Of a stretch of DNA of 64,000 bases, positions 47,517 through 61,101 are shown one piece after another (position 1 is the first letter of the stretch; every line of letters starts with the position of its first letter). The notes under the pieces were generated by a model. That model was given only the letters and a program-made list of their open reading frames with translations. It did no database searches and was not told the DNA's origin. The DNA is from Rhizodiscina lignyota (lineage: Eukaryota): assembly GCA_010015805.1 (NCBI GenBank), contig ML978129.1, forward strand, positions 1,116,001 to 1,180,000, in the 5' to 3' direction. A program made the position numbers and the translations under genes.

Positions 47517-48740
47517 GATGGGCGAAGGCGGAGGAGCGTCGGAGGTGGTGAGGATGTAATCGCCCTCACAAAAGAGGGCTTTGAGGAATAAAAGAGCCCA
47601 ATCTCTCCTAGGGGAACTATCGGATGACTGATGAGAGCAGCGCAGAGACTTTGCAAATACTGTCGAAGCTTCTGCGCGATTTTGCTCGCATCGATCCCGC
47701 GATTGCGGGTCGGTGGGTGTCGTTGATGACGATTCAACTGGCTGGCTTCCACTGACGGCGCTCGCAACTGTAAGACGGCCGGAGGAGAGTGTGAAGAGAG
47801 GAATAGGGTGAGAGAAGGAGAAGTATCAACAGAATAACAATGCAGGGTGAGGACACAAGGGTTTGGAAGAAGCACAGCACTGCGCAGCTCGGCGGAAGCC
47901 TGCGGGATGGTTATCAAGCGGGCCGGCGCGCCATTGGACAAAAAGCTCTCACTGCTCCACCAAGGAATGCCTTGCTATAATAAAGTTAAATCTACATGCT
48001 GTTTTGAGCATGCGAAAAGCCCCGACTAGCAGGGCTGTTTACGAATGTAGATAATTAAAGATGGTCTGGAGTGTGTTACTGCTTTTCCCTGCCTTGCTTC
48101 TGGCACATACGCAGGTAGGTTGAGTTTGTGGTAAACATGGCATCTACGCGAGATGTGACTCCGATTGCTTGACGGTACGACTCTGGAAGATGCTTTCGAA
48201 CGAGATTTCCAAACGGATCACTATAATTGCGAGTTCATGTATTTGGATCCCGTGCTATTACGCCTCCAAACGTCCCTCTTCTCAACGCTGGTCGAGATCA
48301 CAACAAAAGAAGAGCACACATTTGAAGTAGCCATCTCAACCCTCGTTCGCAGAGGGGAGTTCAGCACGTCCATTTGAAGTATCGACTCCATGCCTAACCC
48401 TAGTATCTGCGGACGTCCCGTCGAAAACGTGAATCCCGAAGAAACAATTGGTACAATTGACACACGAAGCGGCAAGAGAAGAAGTGTGGCGGCGCGGAGA
48501 AGAAAAGCAGCCATAGTCCAAGTTCCACAGAATCATGAAAGGCACCGCCAAGAGGTTTTTGCTTGTCCCATCCGCCAGAATGCATCTTCCGTTACAAGGC
48601 ACATGAATCGCCGTTTGACCGAAAATCAAAATCGAGAAAAAGAGAGAAACAAGCCTAGGAACTAACGCCGTCGCAGTAAGCAGGGTTCCAACATAAAACG
48701 CCAAATCAAAAGTGAAGGGGGTTACCAACTCCGCCTGCTC

Positions 48741-50919
48741 CTACAACCTTCTGTCCCTCTGCGGACCAAAATCCGCCTCGATGACTTTCTTGTCCTTCCT
48801 TGGCTTGACCGCAAACTCCGCCAGTAACGCCAAGTGGTCCGACGGGAAGTGCCAGTTTGGAAAGCCTGGTACTCTTGCCAAATACTCTCGATCAACATTG
48901 CCTAGTAGGCCCGTAACTTGCAAGCTGTTGGTGCTGTACCAGATATAGTCAATAACATCCGTGTATCCGGGCGTGTAGTTCGTAAAGTCGAGTTCACCGA
49001 TGTGATTGTACGACGACCGCAAGGCGAAGGGGTGAGTGATGCCATCGCGAGTGAAATTTCCATAGTTGCGGTTTGCTAGATCGGTATGATTGGAAGCCAT
49101 GCTACCATGGCCGACGAGGTTGTAAACTCCAGAGTCAGGGACGGAGTTGAAGTCACCGCAAATGATGAGCGGAATCTCTGTACCGTCATCATATTGCAAG
49201 CTTGGACCAGGCTTGACTTCCTCGTCGGCATCCGCACCGGCACTGCCTTCGCTGTCGCCATTCGCGTATTTGAAGATTTGCTTGTCCTCGCAAGGCGGCC
49301 ACTTCGCGTACTTGTCGGCCATCTTTGTGATTTCTTCCATCAGAATACCGACTTGGACGACCTTGACATCCGTGTAAGCTGGATCCCAGAAGACGTGTGT
49401 ATTGGCCACAATGATTCGCGCGCCTGTGAGACGGTTCTCGAGGAAAGCGATTGTGCCGATATGGTCTCGAGGCATGACACGATTGTAGACGTCATGTCCA
49501 CTCTTCATGTCTGACCTGTTAATGGCAATTGCCATAAAATCGACGATTTGCTTGTCCAGCAATATATATCTGCCACACTCGTGAGAAGTTCCGCATAGCA
49601 AAGTTGGTTATATGGATTTGTACTTACTTGCTATGCTTGTAGAAGGTAGCACACCCATCTACCCATTTTGCGTCCTTTTCCGGCATGTTCTTTGCTCTTG
49701 ACTTTGGCCAAAAGACGCCTTTGTAGTCATTGTAGGCCAAGTTCGGCCGGAAGTACTCGTTGAAGTTTTCTTGGTCGACCTCTTGCATACAGAATATGTC
49801 CGGACTGCGGCCTTGGACTTCTTCTAATATCATCTCTCGTCTCCGTTCCCATGCGAGCGCAGCTGATGGTGTATATCCGTATTGCGATTGAGTGCAGAAC
49901 TTGTCGCAGAGCGTGTTCCAACTGAGGACCTTCAGCTGTTGCTCTTCCGGTACGGGTTCGTCTGTGACCTGTATCCACGGGCGGTCCATTGGAGACTCGC
50001 CGGCTGCTAAGGTTAGCGAAGCAAAAATGCATCAAGATTATAACTCACGTTGAGAATCCTCGCGCAGGTATCTTATGAGCTCGCTCGTGCCCTGGTTCAT
50101 GACGATTTCCTTCAGGTCCTCCCTCAGAGGGTTCCCTTCAATGCCAAACATCTCTAACTGATAGAGAGAGCCCATTTCGATGGGCAGGTCACTGATGTGG
50201 TTGTCGAACGCAAATAGCTCCCGCATTCCGACCAGCATACCGATCTCTGAAGGTAGCTCGCGTATCTCATTGAGTGATATATCGAGTGTGACAAGGTGTC
50301 GGAGTCGTCCAATTGCGGGAGGAAGGTATGTGAGCTTGTTGCTGTTGAGATATAGCTTCGTCAAGAAAGTGTAGCTGAAAAGCGTGGGCGAGAGGCTGCG
50401 GAGACTCTGTACGCCACAGTCGAGCGCAGTCCAGACTTGATCCGAATCCTTTGGTGCCACAGGTCTGCTCCGGTTGTGCTCCTCCTTGACCTCCTCTTTC
50501 TGAGCACCGTTTGTAGCGCTTGCCAGCACATTCTTATTCACACTTGGGTGGTTGCGCGCGTGAGGATGCGACATGGTCATTTCACGCGCCTGTTGTGCGA
50601 GCTGTAGCTGTAATGTCCAGTGTTCACTCGGTGCCTTTTGAAGCGCGCTTTGTAAGCTGTTTGGAGTGCCGTTTGGTAGATGTGCCGGTGCGAAGTGTGG
50701 TGTTGTATTGGCCATGCCGCCACCTGAGAGATTGTGCTGGTGGTGGCCGTAGTTCCCAGCGTGGCCTCCATGGTCCTGGTGTTGAGGGTGCTGCACATGG
50801 TGCTGCTGTTGATTTTGATGATGTGCATACGGCTTGTTCATGCCCATGCCCATGTACCCACGGTGGCCGGTGCCACCGTTGAGCATGCCATGCTGCTGCG
50901 CATGCTGCTGATTGTACAT
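48741..50919 (-). CDS. CCR4: CCR4-NOT deadenylase catalytic subunit Ccr4 (Q/H-rich N-terminus, LRRs, EEP nuclease), 3 exons
   Basis: LRRs (LTKLYLNSNKLTYLPPAIGRL), VLSWNTLCDK, CMQEVD, DGCATFYK, CGDFNS, IDYIWYS, FPSDHLAL. Confidence 0.96.
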
Positions 50920-52268
50920 AATGAGCGTGTGTTCACCAGAGCGGCATGAAGCCGCGCTCCTCCACTCTCAGCTTGTTCGATCGAGAAGGGAAAGATGCCT
51001 CAGGAAGGCCGAGACAAGTGTTCGGTGGGGTTATCGAAGTCAAACTTGATATTGGTGGCGCAATCATCTGTTACGGTGGCCAAGAGGCCCGGATGAGGTC
51101 GAAGGACCGGAGTGAAGAGGTTGAAGAAAGGCGGTGGGAGGGGCCAAGTTGCGTGTTTCGGAGTCAGGCCCGTTTGTTCGTTTGTTGTGGTTTTGCTGTT
51201 GCTGGTCGACGTGACGAAGCGACTGCGGAGCACGAGCACGGTGTCGGACGTCACGCGTTTGCGAGGCTGGCAAGCAGGACAGCGCGATGTGGAGAGGGGT
51301 ATGTTCTGCTTGCTGATCAGGTCTGGGAAGAGCTGCAGGCGATGAATGGCTTGAGGGCAGCGTTTGCTCGCGGGCTGATGGTTGTGCGCTTCCCACTCGA
51401 TGCGTGCGTGATGGCGGAAGCGCCAAGCCAAGCGTCACGTGCGGAGGGCGCCAGGGACCAGCGGCGGAGTGGCAGGGTGGGCGTGGGCTAACAGGCCAGC
51501 AGCGCGCGAGCATGGCGATTTCGAGCTTTGCCATTCTGCTGCACAGCGCACCACTCTGTCTGCCGTAGCTTCACTCCAGCGTCGCCCGTAGCTCTCTGCC
51601 CTCAATTGACATGCCGCCCATTCACTCGCCGCGCTCTGCCCTCCGCCACGCCTCTGCCGCCGAGCAGCAGCGAGCATCCGCCTCCCTCGCAGGCATGGAG
51701 TCTGTCTACGCTCTCACTAGAGCTGCATGCGCGCCGGGTGCCTGGTTCACCCTTTCGCCCTCGCCTCACGCTCATGTCAGGAGCGGTGTTGGGAGGGCCT
51801 CTTGGCCGCGCCGCTGCGGAGTCTGATACTGGCCCTTCCGCACTGCTCTAAGCACTCAATTCAGCGCTCTGCTGGCGCCCTCGAGTTTCAGTATCCCTGA
51901 CTAGGCCAGGTCCTAGGATCGCTCCTTTCCGCAAGGGCCACTGGCCAGCAAATATTCCGGGCCTGTGAGCGCTGCATCCACGCCCGGACAGGGCTTTATC
52001 TGCCTGGCCAGCAGGAAAAAGAACTGCTCCTGTTGCCTCTCCGGCGGGTGAAAAGGCCTTTATTAAGCGGCGCACTCTGCTCGCATGTTCGCTCCTCACG
52101 CCTTTGCTGTCGCCGCGCGGCTCATGTCGCCTGCAGCGCAGCTTTATCCACTCTGATTGCTTTTTGTCTTCGCTTCCGCATTGTCGCGGAGCTGGTGCCG
52201 AGGCTTTCTAATACAATATCACGACAACAAACCACAACAACTCACGCCGCAACGAAACAATTGCGCAG

Positions 52269-53495
52269 ATGCTCGCGACTTCCTCCACCTACATACTAGC
52301 CACCGATCCACATCCATCACAGATGGACCAAGCCCGTGGGACAACCGCCTCCAGCGGCTCGTCGTCCCAATCTCTTGATGCAGGTTTCTCCGCATCCAAC
52401 CCTTTCATGCTCCTTCACGGCAGAAGATACCTTCGCGAACTGCCATATCCCCTCCCTTGCGATCTCGTCGAACTCCAAAGACAGAATCTATACACACACC
52501 TTGCGACTGCAGTATTTGGCACCCCCTTGTGCTGTCCACAACTCATCCAACGGCCTCCGCGCAAAGTCTTGGAGCTAGCTTGTGGTGCGGGATACTGGTC
52601 CTCATTATGCCACGACCTTTTCACAGGCCTAGGAAAACCCGATGTAGAGTTTGTGGGGCTGGATATCGTCTCTGTCGCGCCGAACATGCGGAAGCACGGC
52701 ATGAACTGGAGATTCGTGCAACACGACATGCGCGACGTGCCGCTGCCGTTCATGGACGATGAGTTTGACCTCGTAATGATGAAGGACCTCAGTATTGTTG
52801 TGCCGGTGGGAATCCCGTCGGAGCGTCTACTGGACGAAGCGCTGCGCATACTGAGACCAGGCGGCGTGCTCGAATGGTGGGAATGCGACTACAGCATCAG
52901 ATCATTATTACCACATCCACGTCCACCCGTCACATCGAGGAGTAAGAGACCACAAGATCTGGAGCAGGCCGTAGTAACTGGAACATTCGTAATCACACCT
53001 GCCACACCATTCGCGGCGAGAGTAACGAATAAGTATCTCCAGGATTATAATGGCTGGATACAAACGACGCTCGACAAGCGACAGCTCGCGCCCACACCGT
53101 GTTCCAGAATGGGGCCGACGCTCCTTCAAGAACCCGATGCCCTCTCCGACGTTGACTGGCGACGCGTAGCCATCCCTCTCGGTACCGCAAATCCACCTCC
53201 ATCCGCTGATGGTATCGATGACGGATCAATAGCTGTTCTCGAAACAGCAAACGGACAAAGACCACTTGACGCCGCGCCCTTGACGGAGGACCAGCTGGCC
53301 TTTCGGCACACGGCGCTGCAGATCATCGTACAACTGATCGAGAGCCTCGAGCCGCTACTGAAAGAAGCGAGCGGGAAGTCGGGCGAGGAGTGGGGCCGCT
53401 GGTGGACGTGGATGATGGCCGATTTGCTGGATAACTCTGGTGCGTCCAATGGAGAGTGCTTGGAGATTGGCTCGTGGTGGGCAAAAAAAGTTTGA
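52269..53495 (+). CDS. SAM-dependent methyltransferase-domain protein (LaeA-like superfamily)
   Basis: HGRRYL..YPLPCDLVELQRQ, KVLELACGAGYWS, FVGLDI, LPFMDDEFDLV, RILRPGGVLE. Start may be the later ATG at 52323. Confidence 0.85.
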   Translation: MLATSSTYILATDPHPSQMDQARGTTASSGSSSQSLDAGFSASNPFMLLHGRRYLRELPYPLPCDLVELQRQNLYTHLATAVFGTPLCCPQLIQRPPRKVLELACGAGYWSSLCHDLFTGLGKPDVEFVGLDIVSVAPNMRKHGMNWRFVQHDMRDVPLPFMDDEFDLVMMKDLSIVVPVGIPSERLLDEALRILRPGGVLEWWECDYSIRSLLPHPRPPVTSRSKRPQDLEQAVVTGTFVITPATPFAARVTNKYLQDYNGWIQTTLDKRQLAPTPCSRMGPTLLQEPDALSDVDWRRVAIPLGTANPPPSADGIDDGSIAVLETANGQRPLDAAPLTEDQLAFRHTALQIIVQLIESLEPLLKEASGKSGEEWGRWWTWMMADLLDNSGASNGECLEIGSWWAKKV

Positions 53496-53655
53496 GCTGC
53501 TTTGCAGACCCCTGGTGATGATATACGCATGTGCATAGGAAATGTCATGCATGGCCGATTTGGTTGGCCATTTTTGTGGTTGAGATACCTTCTTGAGCGG
53601 TTGGGTACCTTTTTGATTGATTGGCGGAAGATACCAGAGGAGCTGTTACGGACTT

Positions 53656-54106
53656 TCAGCTCTCATAGCGTTGCTTCAGAGTTCGATATCTCTTTAAGTA
53701 ATATCTAGTGAACGATTTAGCACCAAACTTGCAAAAGGCGCACGGTATACGCCTTTCTAATTCTGCCGAAGAAGCCTTACAGTGCCTCGATCTCTGCGAA
53801 CATGTCAATACAGCAATGTTACAGTCCATTGAAGATCAAGAGAGGAATACCTTTCTTTACAAACTCCGCCCTCTTGATGCCTTGACGAATGGCTTCTTCG
53901 TCTTTCAAACCAGCCTGGCTGGAGAAGGCTTTGTGCAGTCGGGGGCGGAAGTAATCATATCCCAGGGGATACTCTCGTCCCAAGTACAAGAGCTCTGGTT
54001 CCTCCGTAGTCAGCAATACGTTCCACGCGTTGAATTGGGATCTCTCCCAATATTGCTGACCCTTGTATATACGGATGACTTCGTGCCTGAGCGGGTTGTT
54101 GGCCAT
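53656..54106 (-). CDS. LYR-motif protein, LYRM5/ETFRF1-like, 4 exons including a 13-nt microexon
   Basis: [66 protein letters not shown]; microexon 53793-53781. Confidence 0.9.
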
Positions 54107-54423
54107 TGCGTCTGGGAGTGCCAAATTCAATGTTGTGGTGAAAGAGGGCTGGGGATGCACGAGGGAGTAATATGATACTGGAAGCTCAATGACTCGAAAT
54201 TCTCATGTATCACGGCTTGTATAGTGAAGGTTGAGGTGCAGGGAGGTGGCTTGGGTTTGATGATGTCGATGCATCGGGGAGCTGGAGACCATTTCGCCTC
54301 GGTAAATGTTTCCTAACGTAGTCGCACCTCCTGTGCTCCCCATTGAACATCTAGCTCCCATCTCACGTGTATACATACATACAGTAACGGGCTTCATATA
54401 CCGTGAAACATTTCAATTGCAAA

Positions 54424-55595
54424 ATGCGACCTCCTCGGTGGCGTATTACTGCCGTCGCAAATGGCTTCCATGGAGCCTTCTCGCATTCTGCGGGGCCGAT
54501 GTCATATCGTCCTCTATCTACAACTTCCCCGTTCTACTCCAGGTCTCACTCTCACTCACACGAGCCTGCAACAGCACACTTGAGCCCGCGATGGCTCTCG
54601 GACTTGAAGTCGCGGATAGGACGATGTCTTCAATTTGGTTGTTCGTCAGAGCAAGTCCACGAGGCGGGCTTGATATTGAAAGAGCTCACGACGAGTTGGA
54701 GGGAATTGGTCGCTGGGAGTGAGGGATTCCTGACGGATGAGAGCAGGAGAGAGACGTTTAGGCAAAATGTTGTTTGGGGAGAGCAGGTATGTTCATACAT
54801 TTCATTGGTGGACTCCATATCTACAGATACAAGATTGCGATGGGCAGCGAGAGCGTTGTGACATGAACCATTTTACATTATTGATATGTCATCGTGTACC
54901 ATTCCAACGTGGAGATGTAGATTACTGACTGCGCCTCATCATTTTGTCGTGCAGGACGCAATGGTAAGACCTTTCTTCCCACAACGGCTCGCTACTCATT
55001 GCTAAACAAAACCCAAGGGACACGTTAACAATGTCATGTACGTCCGCTATGCAGAGTCGGCTCGCATCCTGTGGTTCCAAAACTTTGCAAATCGAATAGA
55101 CCGAGCGAACCGGAAGCAATGGGAAGATCTATGGTCCCCACGAAGCTACGGATTGATCCTCAAGTCAATCAAGGTGGACTACAAATTTGTGAGTGTTGGT
55201 TTCCTCCAATTAAAAATAGCCATCCGAAGAAAGATAACTGACGAGACTCCAAGCCGATGGAATTCCCGGACAAGATCACAGTATTTCACAAGCTGCGCTC
55301 TTCTCCGGATGCGACTACAGAAAGCTTCATTCTTGATGTAATCATTCTTTCCGAGCTTCATAGACGGCCGGCTGCGAGGTGCTTTGAAGATTTGCTCGTG
55401 TATGATTACAAGAATGGGAAGAAGGTAGCTTTGCCTCCATTCATTGTCGAAAATTTCAAAGAAACGTTCCGATTGCAAGAAGAAGCGAAAGAGAAGAACG
55501 GGAAGAGAGTCAGAGAGCTCATAGAAAGGGTTGGACGATTAGAGAAGGGAAGCTGGGATAGAGCAGATGCAAAGGAGGATATGGGTAGTGCATGA
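54424..55595 (+). CDS. Hotdog-fold (4HBT-like) thioesterase, likely mitochondrial, 4 exons including a 9-nt microexon
   Basis: Arg-rich presequence; VVWGEQ/DAM/GHVNNVMYVRYAESAR after splicing; LILKSIKVDYKF/PMEFPDKITVFHKL. Confidence 0.88.
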
Positions 55596-57130
55596 TGTTG
55601 CACTAATGTCGGGCGCTGTCATCTCCTGATTCGTTGGGAATGCAGAGTTGAGAGCACCAAAGCTGTATCTTCCTGCAGCTCGTCACACGATTGCATCCAT
55701 AACGGACAGATTTGTGCTACTTTGCGTTGCTCTAATTGGTGGAGGCCAAATAGATGGAAGACGCTCAAAACGAGGGCCCCTCGGTACTTAATGATCCGGC
55801 GATGTTCGGTATATCCGAGAGCTCATCAAAGATAGCGGCGTATTCATGATAGAGATAGACCAATAGTCCTCACCGCTGGAATGGCAGGAGGTGTGGTGTC
55901 GAAACATTCATCTGTACTGGAACACGGCAGTCAGAATCTAGATCGCACAGCCACATGGATGAAGCCCGACGAGCCTGGTATGCAAGCCTTCCGCTTCTGA
56001 CCGCTGCAGTGCTGGAAGTAGAAAGTATCCGGGGTAAGGGCATATCGAAATAGTCGATGACGGTCGTATTGCGCTGACAGCCGGCCTCAGCTGGGGGCGA
56101 ATTAGAGTTTGAGGGTTTGGAATGCATCGTGCATCAGCGCCCGCTCGAGCGCACGACGCTGCATCCGAGCGCGCCGACGAGCGCCGCAGCACGCTTTTGG
56201 CTTTACGGCGTGAAGAAAGTTTGGCAAACGTGCCCCGTTATTCCCGTCGGGCATGCTAGCCGCAAGGACTAAGAAGAAAAATCGGATGGGCCATGTGCCA
56301 GCCGATCCGCAACACAGACAAGAAAACGTTGACCGGCGGTGTCGCCAGGCGCTGGAATGCTGCTTGATAAGAGCAGGCGGACAGGCCTATCCATGCGTCC
56401 GTCAAATGAAACAGAGGGCAGGCGGGGTATCGGCATGCTGGCAGCATCAGGGCACAGCTACACGCAGAGTGGAGATGCTTTTGCTCGTCTTGTCATTCCT
56501 TGCCCTGCTGCCAGCTTACCCTCTGATCTGCAGCTGCTTCTAGGCAATTAGTGCTTGTTTCGGCCAGCTGCTAACGGCAATGCTGCTAGGCACAGCTGCA
56601 AGAAGCGCCGTTGATCTTCCCATGATCCTTCCCGGACGAGCGAATATGCTCCGAGTGGTGCAATGGCGTGCTGAGCCTGCTGAGGTTTGGAGAGAAAAGC
56701 GCTGTGCTGAGCGCGCCTCCCGACGGGGCAGTGAGCAGCGATGCTATACCAGCATGGCAGAACACGGCGGTGGGAAGTGCGTGTCTGGCCCCGTCATGCC
56801 TCTGGCCGCGAGCAGCGTTTCGGCAGCTCGTGAGGGAGCGACGTGCGGTGGAATGGGCGGGTGCTTAGGGAGCAGGAGGCAGGAGACGGCAGTAAATAGG
56901 ATTATAGAGTTGCAGGCGGAGCGGGCCCCTGTCAGCCTTAATATTGCGGTGCGATAATATCGAGTGCAGGGGCGCGCAAGCCATTTCGATCTGGCAGACT
57001 GGCACTTTCCGCCGGCTGTGTGGCTTGGCGCTGCTGGCCCAGGAAACCTCTATCCTGACGCTCCACCACTTCCACTCGCCCATGTTTCCACTTATCCACG
57101 CCCGCTGCCCTCGAAGTCGCGCGGCTTGGT

Positions 57131-60100
57131 ATGCCATCGAAGGGTATCAAGCATCCGCGCAACACTCAAGGCCTCGTCAACCCCGGAAGGATCGCCAAAC
57201 GCAAGTCCAGTAACAGCATCCACGACGCCCAGCACCACCAGGCAAATGGAAGTGCGGACCGCGAGCCTCCTCCACCTCTCCCGCCGACAGTAAATGGCAC
57301 GCCCGCCGAACCAGCCGCTGCTGCTGTGCCGGGAGGGGAGAACCAACACGCTGTCGAGAAGCCCGTCCAGGAGTTGGAGGCGTGCCTAGCCAACCCTCAA
57401 ACTCACCACTTCCCGCCGGCACCTCTCGCCATGGACGCCAGCAAGCTCTCCACCGGCAACAGGGCCGCCACCGCGATGAGGCAGCTCACTCTCGCCGCGA
57501 CAACCATCCTGAAGTCGTGTCCACAGCGCGATGTCATAGCCATGCTGATCCTCCTCCTCCAACTCTCCCCTCCCGTCCTGTTCGCAGTCGACTTCCTCTA
57601 TGCGATCATGACTTCCTACTTCCCCCGTCCCTCGAGTTCCGCTCTCATCCTCCCGACCTTCCAAGGCTTGTTCGAAGGAGCCGGCGGCGCGCCCTCCATG
57701 GCGACCGTCATACTGATCGACGTCATATTTTTCGGGCTATGGGTCTTCATGCCGATGCAGGTCAAGAACTACGGGTTGGACGTTGCTCAGGCAGTCATTG
57801 CATTGTCTTTCAGTGGAGCTGGGTCCAACAGTCCTCCCATGAGCATTGGCATATGTCTTGGGACGATAACGTTGTTTCGGACGCTTGCCCACCGCCCGAC
57901 TCGAAGGACTCTCCTCACTGCCATAAGCAACGTCTTGTGGATGATGCTGAACAAAACGTCAGATCATATGAGGGAGCCTCCCGATCCCGGCGGAGGGACG
58001 AGACCTATATTCGCAAGAGATTCTCCTTCTTTACCTCGCACAATTATTGGAGTTCATATTTTAGCACAAGGTGCTTTGAGATTTATTCGTCGGAGGTTAT
58101 GGGCGTCAAGAGAAAGCGCTCTTACTATTCCAACTGCGAAAAAGGTGGACCCGGAGGCGGCGCTTTCGAGTCAGATTCCGCGGAGCAATTCCATCAACTC
58201 GGACAAGAACTCAGATGGCTCCACTGGGTCTCCTACTGACGGCAGACCGCCTGGTCCACCACCCGTGGCAGCTGAAGTTAGAGAAACGTATGCAGGCAAG
58301 AAAAAACGCAAGCAAGCTACGTTTGTTCGCAGCCAGCAGCCTTTCTGGGCTGCATTGGCGCACACCAAGGTCACGGTTTCGAACCAGATGGAACAGACCC
58401 ATCTGTCGCTAGATCAGAGCGAGGCGCATGCAACAGACCTGCATCATATTGGCAACGCAAATTTTCGTACAGAATCGGATCGTGTTTGGATTACTGGATT
58501 AGGACCTACCGACATTTCCTTTGGTATCGCGCTGTCGGAGGCAGACAGGCAAGAAGAGGACGGCAGCAGACAAAATGGCAAGTACAATGCCCAGCCGTTT
58601 TATGTTCGTGTCAACGGAGCAAAGTGGAGTTCGATGAGGATTACCGAGAGGGAGCCGGCTGTCCGGGAGGATGGGGAGCAGGTACGTGTGTGGCATGGCG
58701 AAATCTTCGGACTGACTGCACTTTGCAATTACCATTGTCAATTTGTGCGGTCGTCCAATGATTCCGAGATCTATTCCGCCAGCCTCATCACGCAACCTGC
58801 TCCTTACACTGAGCAAGGTAAGAGCTATTGACGATAGACCTATATTCGATGCAACTGGAGACACAGCCTAACTGAGAACAGCGCCGGCGCCACAAGCTCA
58901 TCAAGCACTTCGCCCTTCTTCGCCAACTACCACCTTGAAGAATTCCATCGCCGCCGCCGAGTTGAAGTTGGCCGAGCAACGCAACAAGCTTAAGCGTCTC
59001 CGCAAGGAACACAAATCTTCCACGACTGGGCTCAAGAGAGAGGTAGACAATCTATCCAACAAACTCGCTTCAGCTGGTAGCAATGATGACAAAAATGTTA
59101 AACGAAGCTCACAGCTGCGCCAAGCCATTCAGCAAGCCGATCAAGCGACGACAGCTGCTGAGGCTGAAGCGAAGGAGTTGGGCGAGATTCCGGAAGACGA
59201 GCTTGATGCCCACCGCGAGAAGAAGAGTTTATGGCAGAAGGAACTTGACAAGTTGAACGCTCGTCGCGCTGAATTAGACCAGGCAAAAGGTGATAGCGCA
59301 AGAGAAATTTCAAACGTCGTTAGTGAGATCAACAGTGCGACGCAGAAGCACGAGCGCTTGGACCTCCGCAAACAGAAACTCAACGAGCAGCACGACCGAC
59401 TTATTTCCGCCAGAGCTCAGGATGCCGACCAGAAGCAGAAAAGGGACGCTTACCGACAAGCACAAGCGATGGATCGCGCGACTACAGAGAACAGGTATCT
59501 GACTACCATCGATCAATTCCAACGCATTGCTGAAGATTACCGCACCAAGACTGTGCAGACAATATCTCAGTCACAGCATCTTGAAGCGTTAATTCTTCAG
59601 CAGGCGCAGTACCAAGGGCAAGCGGCGATAGGCCAGTCGGCCCAATTTTCCACGCCTACGACACCTGAAGGTCCTCTGCCCGGCACGAGTGGTATCGGCA
59701 ATCCCAGTAATCGCAACAGCTTCCCGCCTTTCAACTTCCAGTTCCCAGCCTATGACGCTCTCCCTCAAGATCCTATGTCTGTCACCTCTGCTCCCGGTAG
59801 CGGCGCCATGTACGCCTCTGCGCACCGCGGCCGTTCAAGCTCGATGCTATCAGGCGTCTCTGGCTTCACCGACAACATGGATGAAGAGCCGTACATGCAG
59901 CCAGTTGGCCCGATATCTGTCGGCCCCATGCCTGGCAGCTTTGTCTACGCTAACGGTCACGGGCCCTTCAACAACAGCAACGGGAACGTGAACGGCCATC
60001 CAGCGTACGCTTACGCGCTGAACGGGCGCAAGGGCAGCGGCGACGTCTCCAGCAGCAGCGGCAGCGGCTCGTCCTCGGGCTCGCAGCGCGATCCGATGAG

Positions 60101-60173
60101 TCCGCCGCCGAAGATGCTGAGTCCGGTTGGTACGAAGCCATTGAGTCCTGGGCAGCGTGGGATGACCTATTAG
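57131..60173 (+). CDS. acrB: AcrB-like protein (TM segments plus coiled coil; ubiquitination-network/carbon-repression factor described in Aspergillus), 2 exons
   Basis: SCPQRDVIAMLILLLQL, TM region, KKKRKQATFVRSQQPFWAALA, FYVRVNGAKW, GEIFGL; intron 58818-58881; LRPSSPTTTLKNSI then a long coiled coil; RGRSSSMLS. Confidence 0.8.
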
Positions 60174-61101
60174 GTCCCTTCTTTCATCATTCACGTCCGT
60201 AGATGTAGGAAACGAGTAGTCAATTGATGGATTTTGCATATTACGAGTGTGCTCAAATTCTTTCGTGTTCCAAATTCTACTACTGAGCTAGGTAGGTTCG
60301 ATGGCCTCATGTTTCCTCCGCTGACACGGTGTCAAGAGACGAGTGTGCATCTTGAAGGCGAGTCTACTTCCCATTTGCCGCCACTCGAGTGGCAGCAATT
60401 CGCCAGCTCTTCTCCATGCAAAACTAACCCCAGATGGCTGATGGGTTCTCGAGATGGACCCCTCCATCATGGCGCTGGCTAGGCTCGAGGGCTCGAGTAC
60501 CATGCAGTGCGTGCCAGCTTCAACAAGCGGTCTGCAAGACAGGGGATATTTGCTCTGCATAAGATGTCACAGTGGTCACCGGATAGGTTCATGCTAGAAG
60601 ATGCGGGTGCACAAACACTTGGCGGAATACCTGTTACGTAGAAAATTCGCGCCATCGCGACAACGATTTGGGAAGAATTGCGCAAGATATGCATATCCGG
60701 CATACCGATGCAGTTTCCGGGCAGGTCGAGGAGGGGAAGATCGGCGGTGTATATACGCATCTGGGAGCCTTGTGTTCGACGATCACCGAAGGCTCCGTCG
60801 TAATGGGATGGACTCGGCACTTGGTGAGAAATTAGAAGCCGTGAGAGAAAGCGCTGTAAACAGTTTGAATTCGGCATGCTACATATCAATTTTTGGATAC
60901 CTCTTATTCGAGGAAGATCTGTCTATTGCTGCACCGAGCTTGCCAAATTCATGCGCCGTACCATGAGCATCAACGCTAAATGACCACGTCGACGCAGTCA
61001 CCTTGCATGCTCTGCTATTCCCACTTGATGGTAGATCCATCTTCATCCTGACTCAATTCATTTTGCCCCTGCAAACACAGAAAGACTTTTTTGTGCAAGT
61101 A

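Noticed and set aside
48221..48728. Hydrophobic ORFs downstream of CCR4
   Set aside because: Pyrimidine-rich 3' UTR-like sequence on the minus strand gives spurious Phe/Leu runs; no coherent gene structure.
50950..52260. Many GC-rich overlapping ORFs between CCR4 and the methyltransferase (similar at 55.9-57.1 kb)
   Set aside because: No consistent coding frame or motifs; best read as long leaders/promoters, though an upstream exon cannot be excluded.
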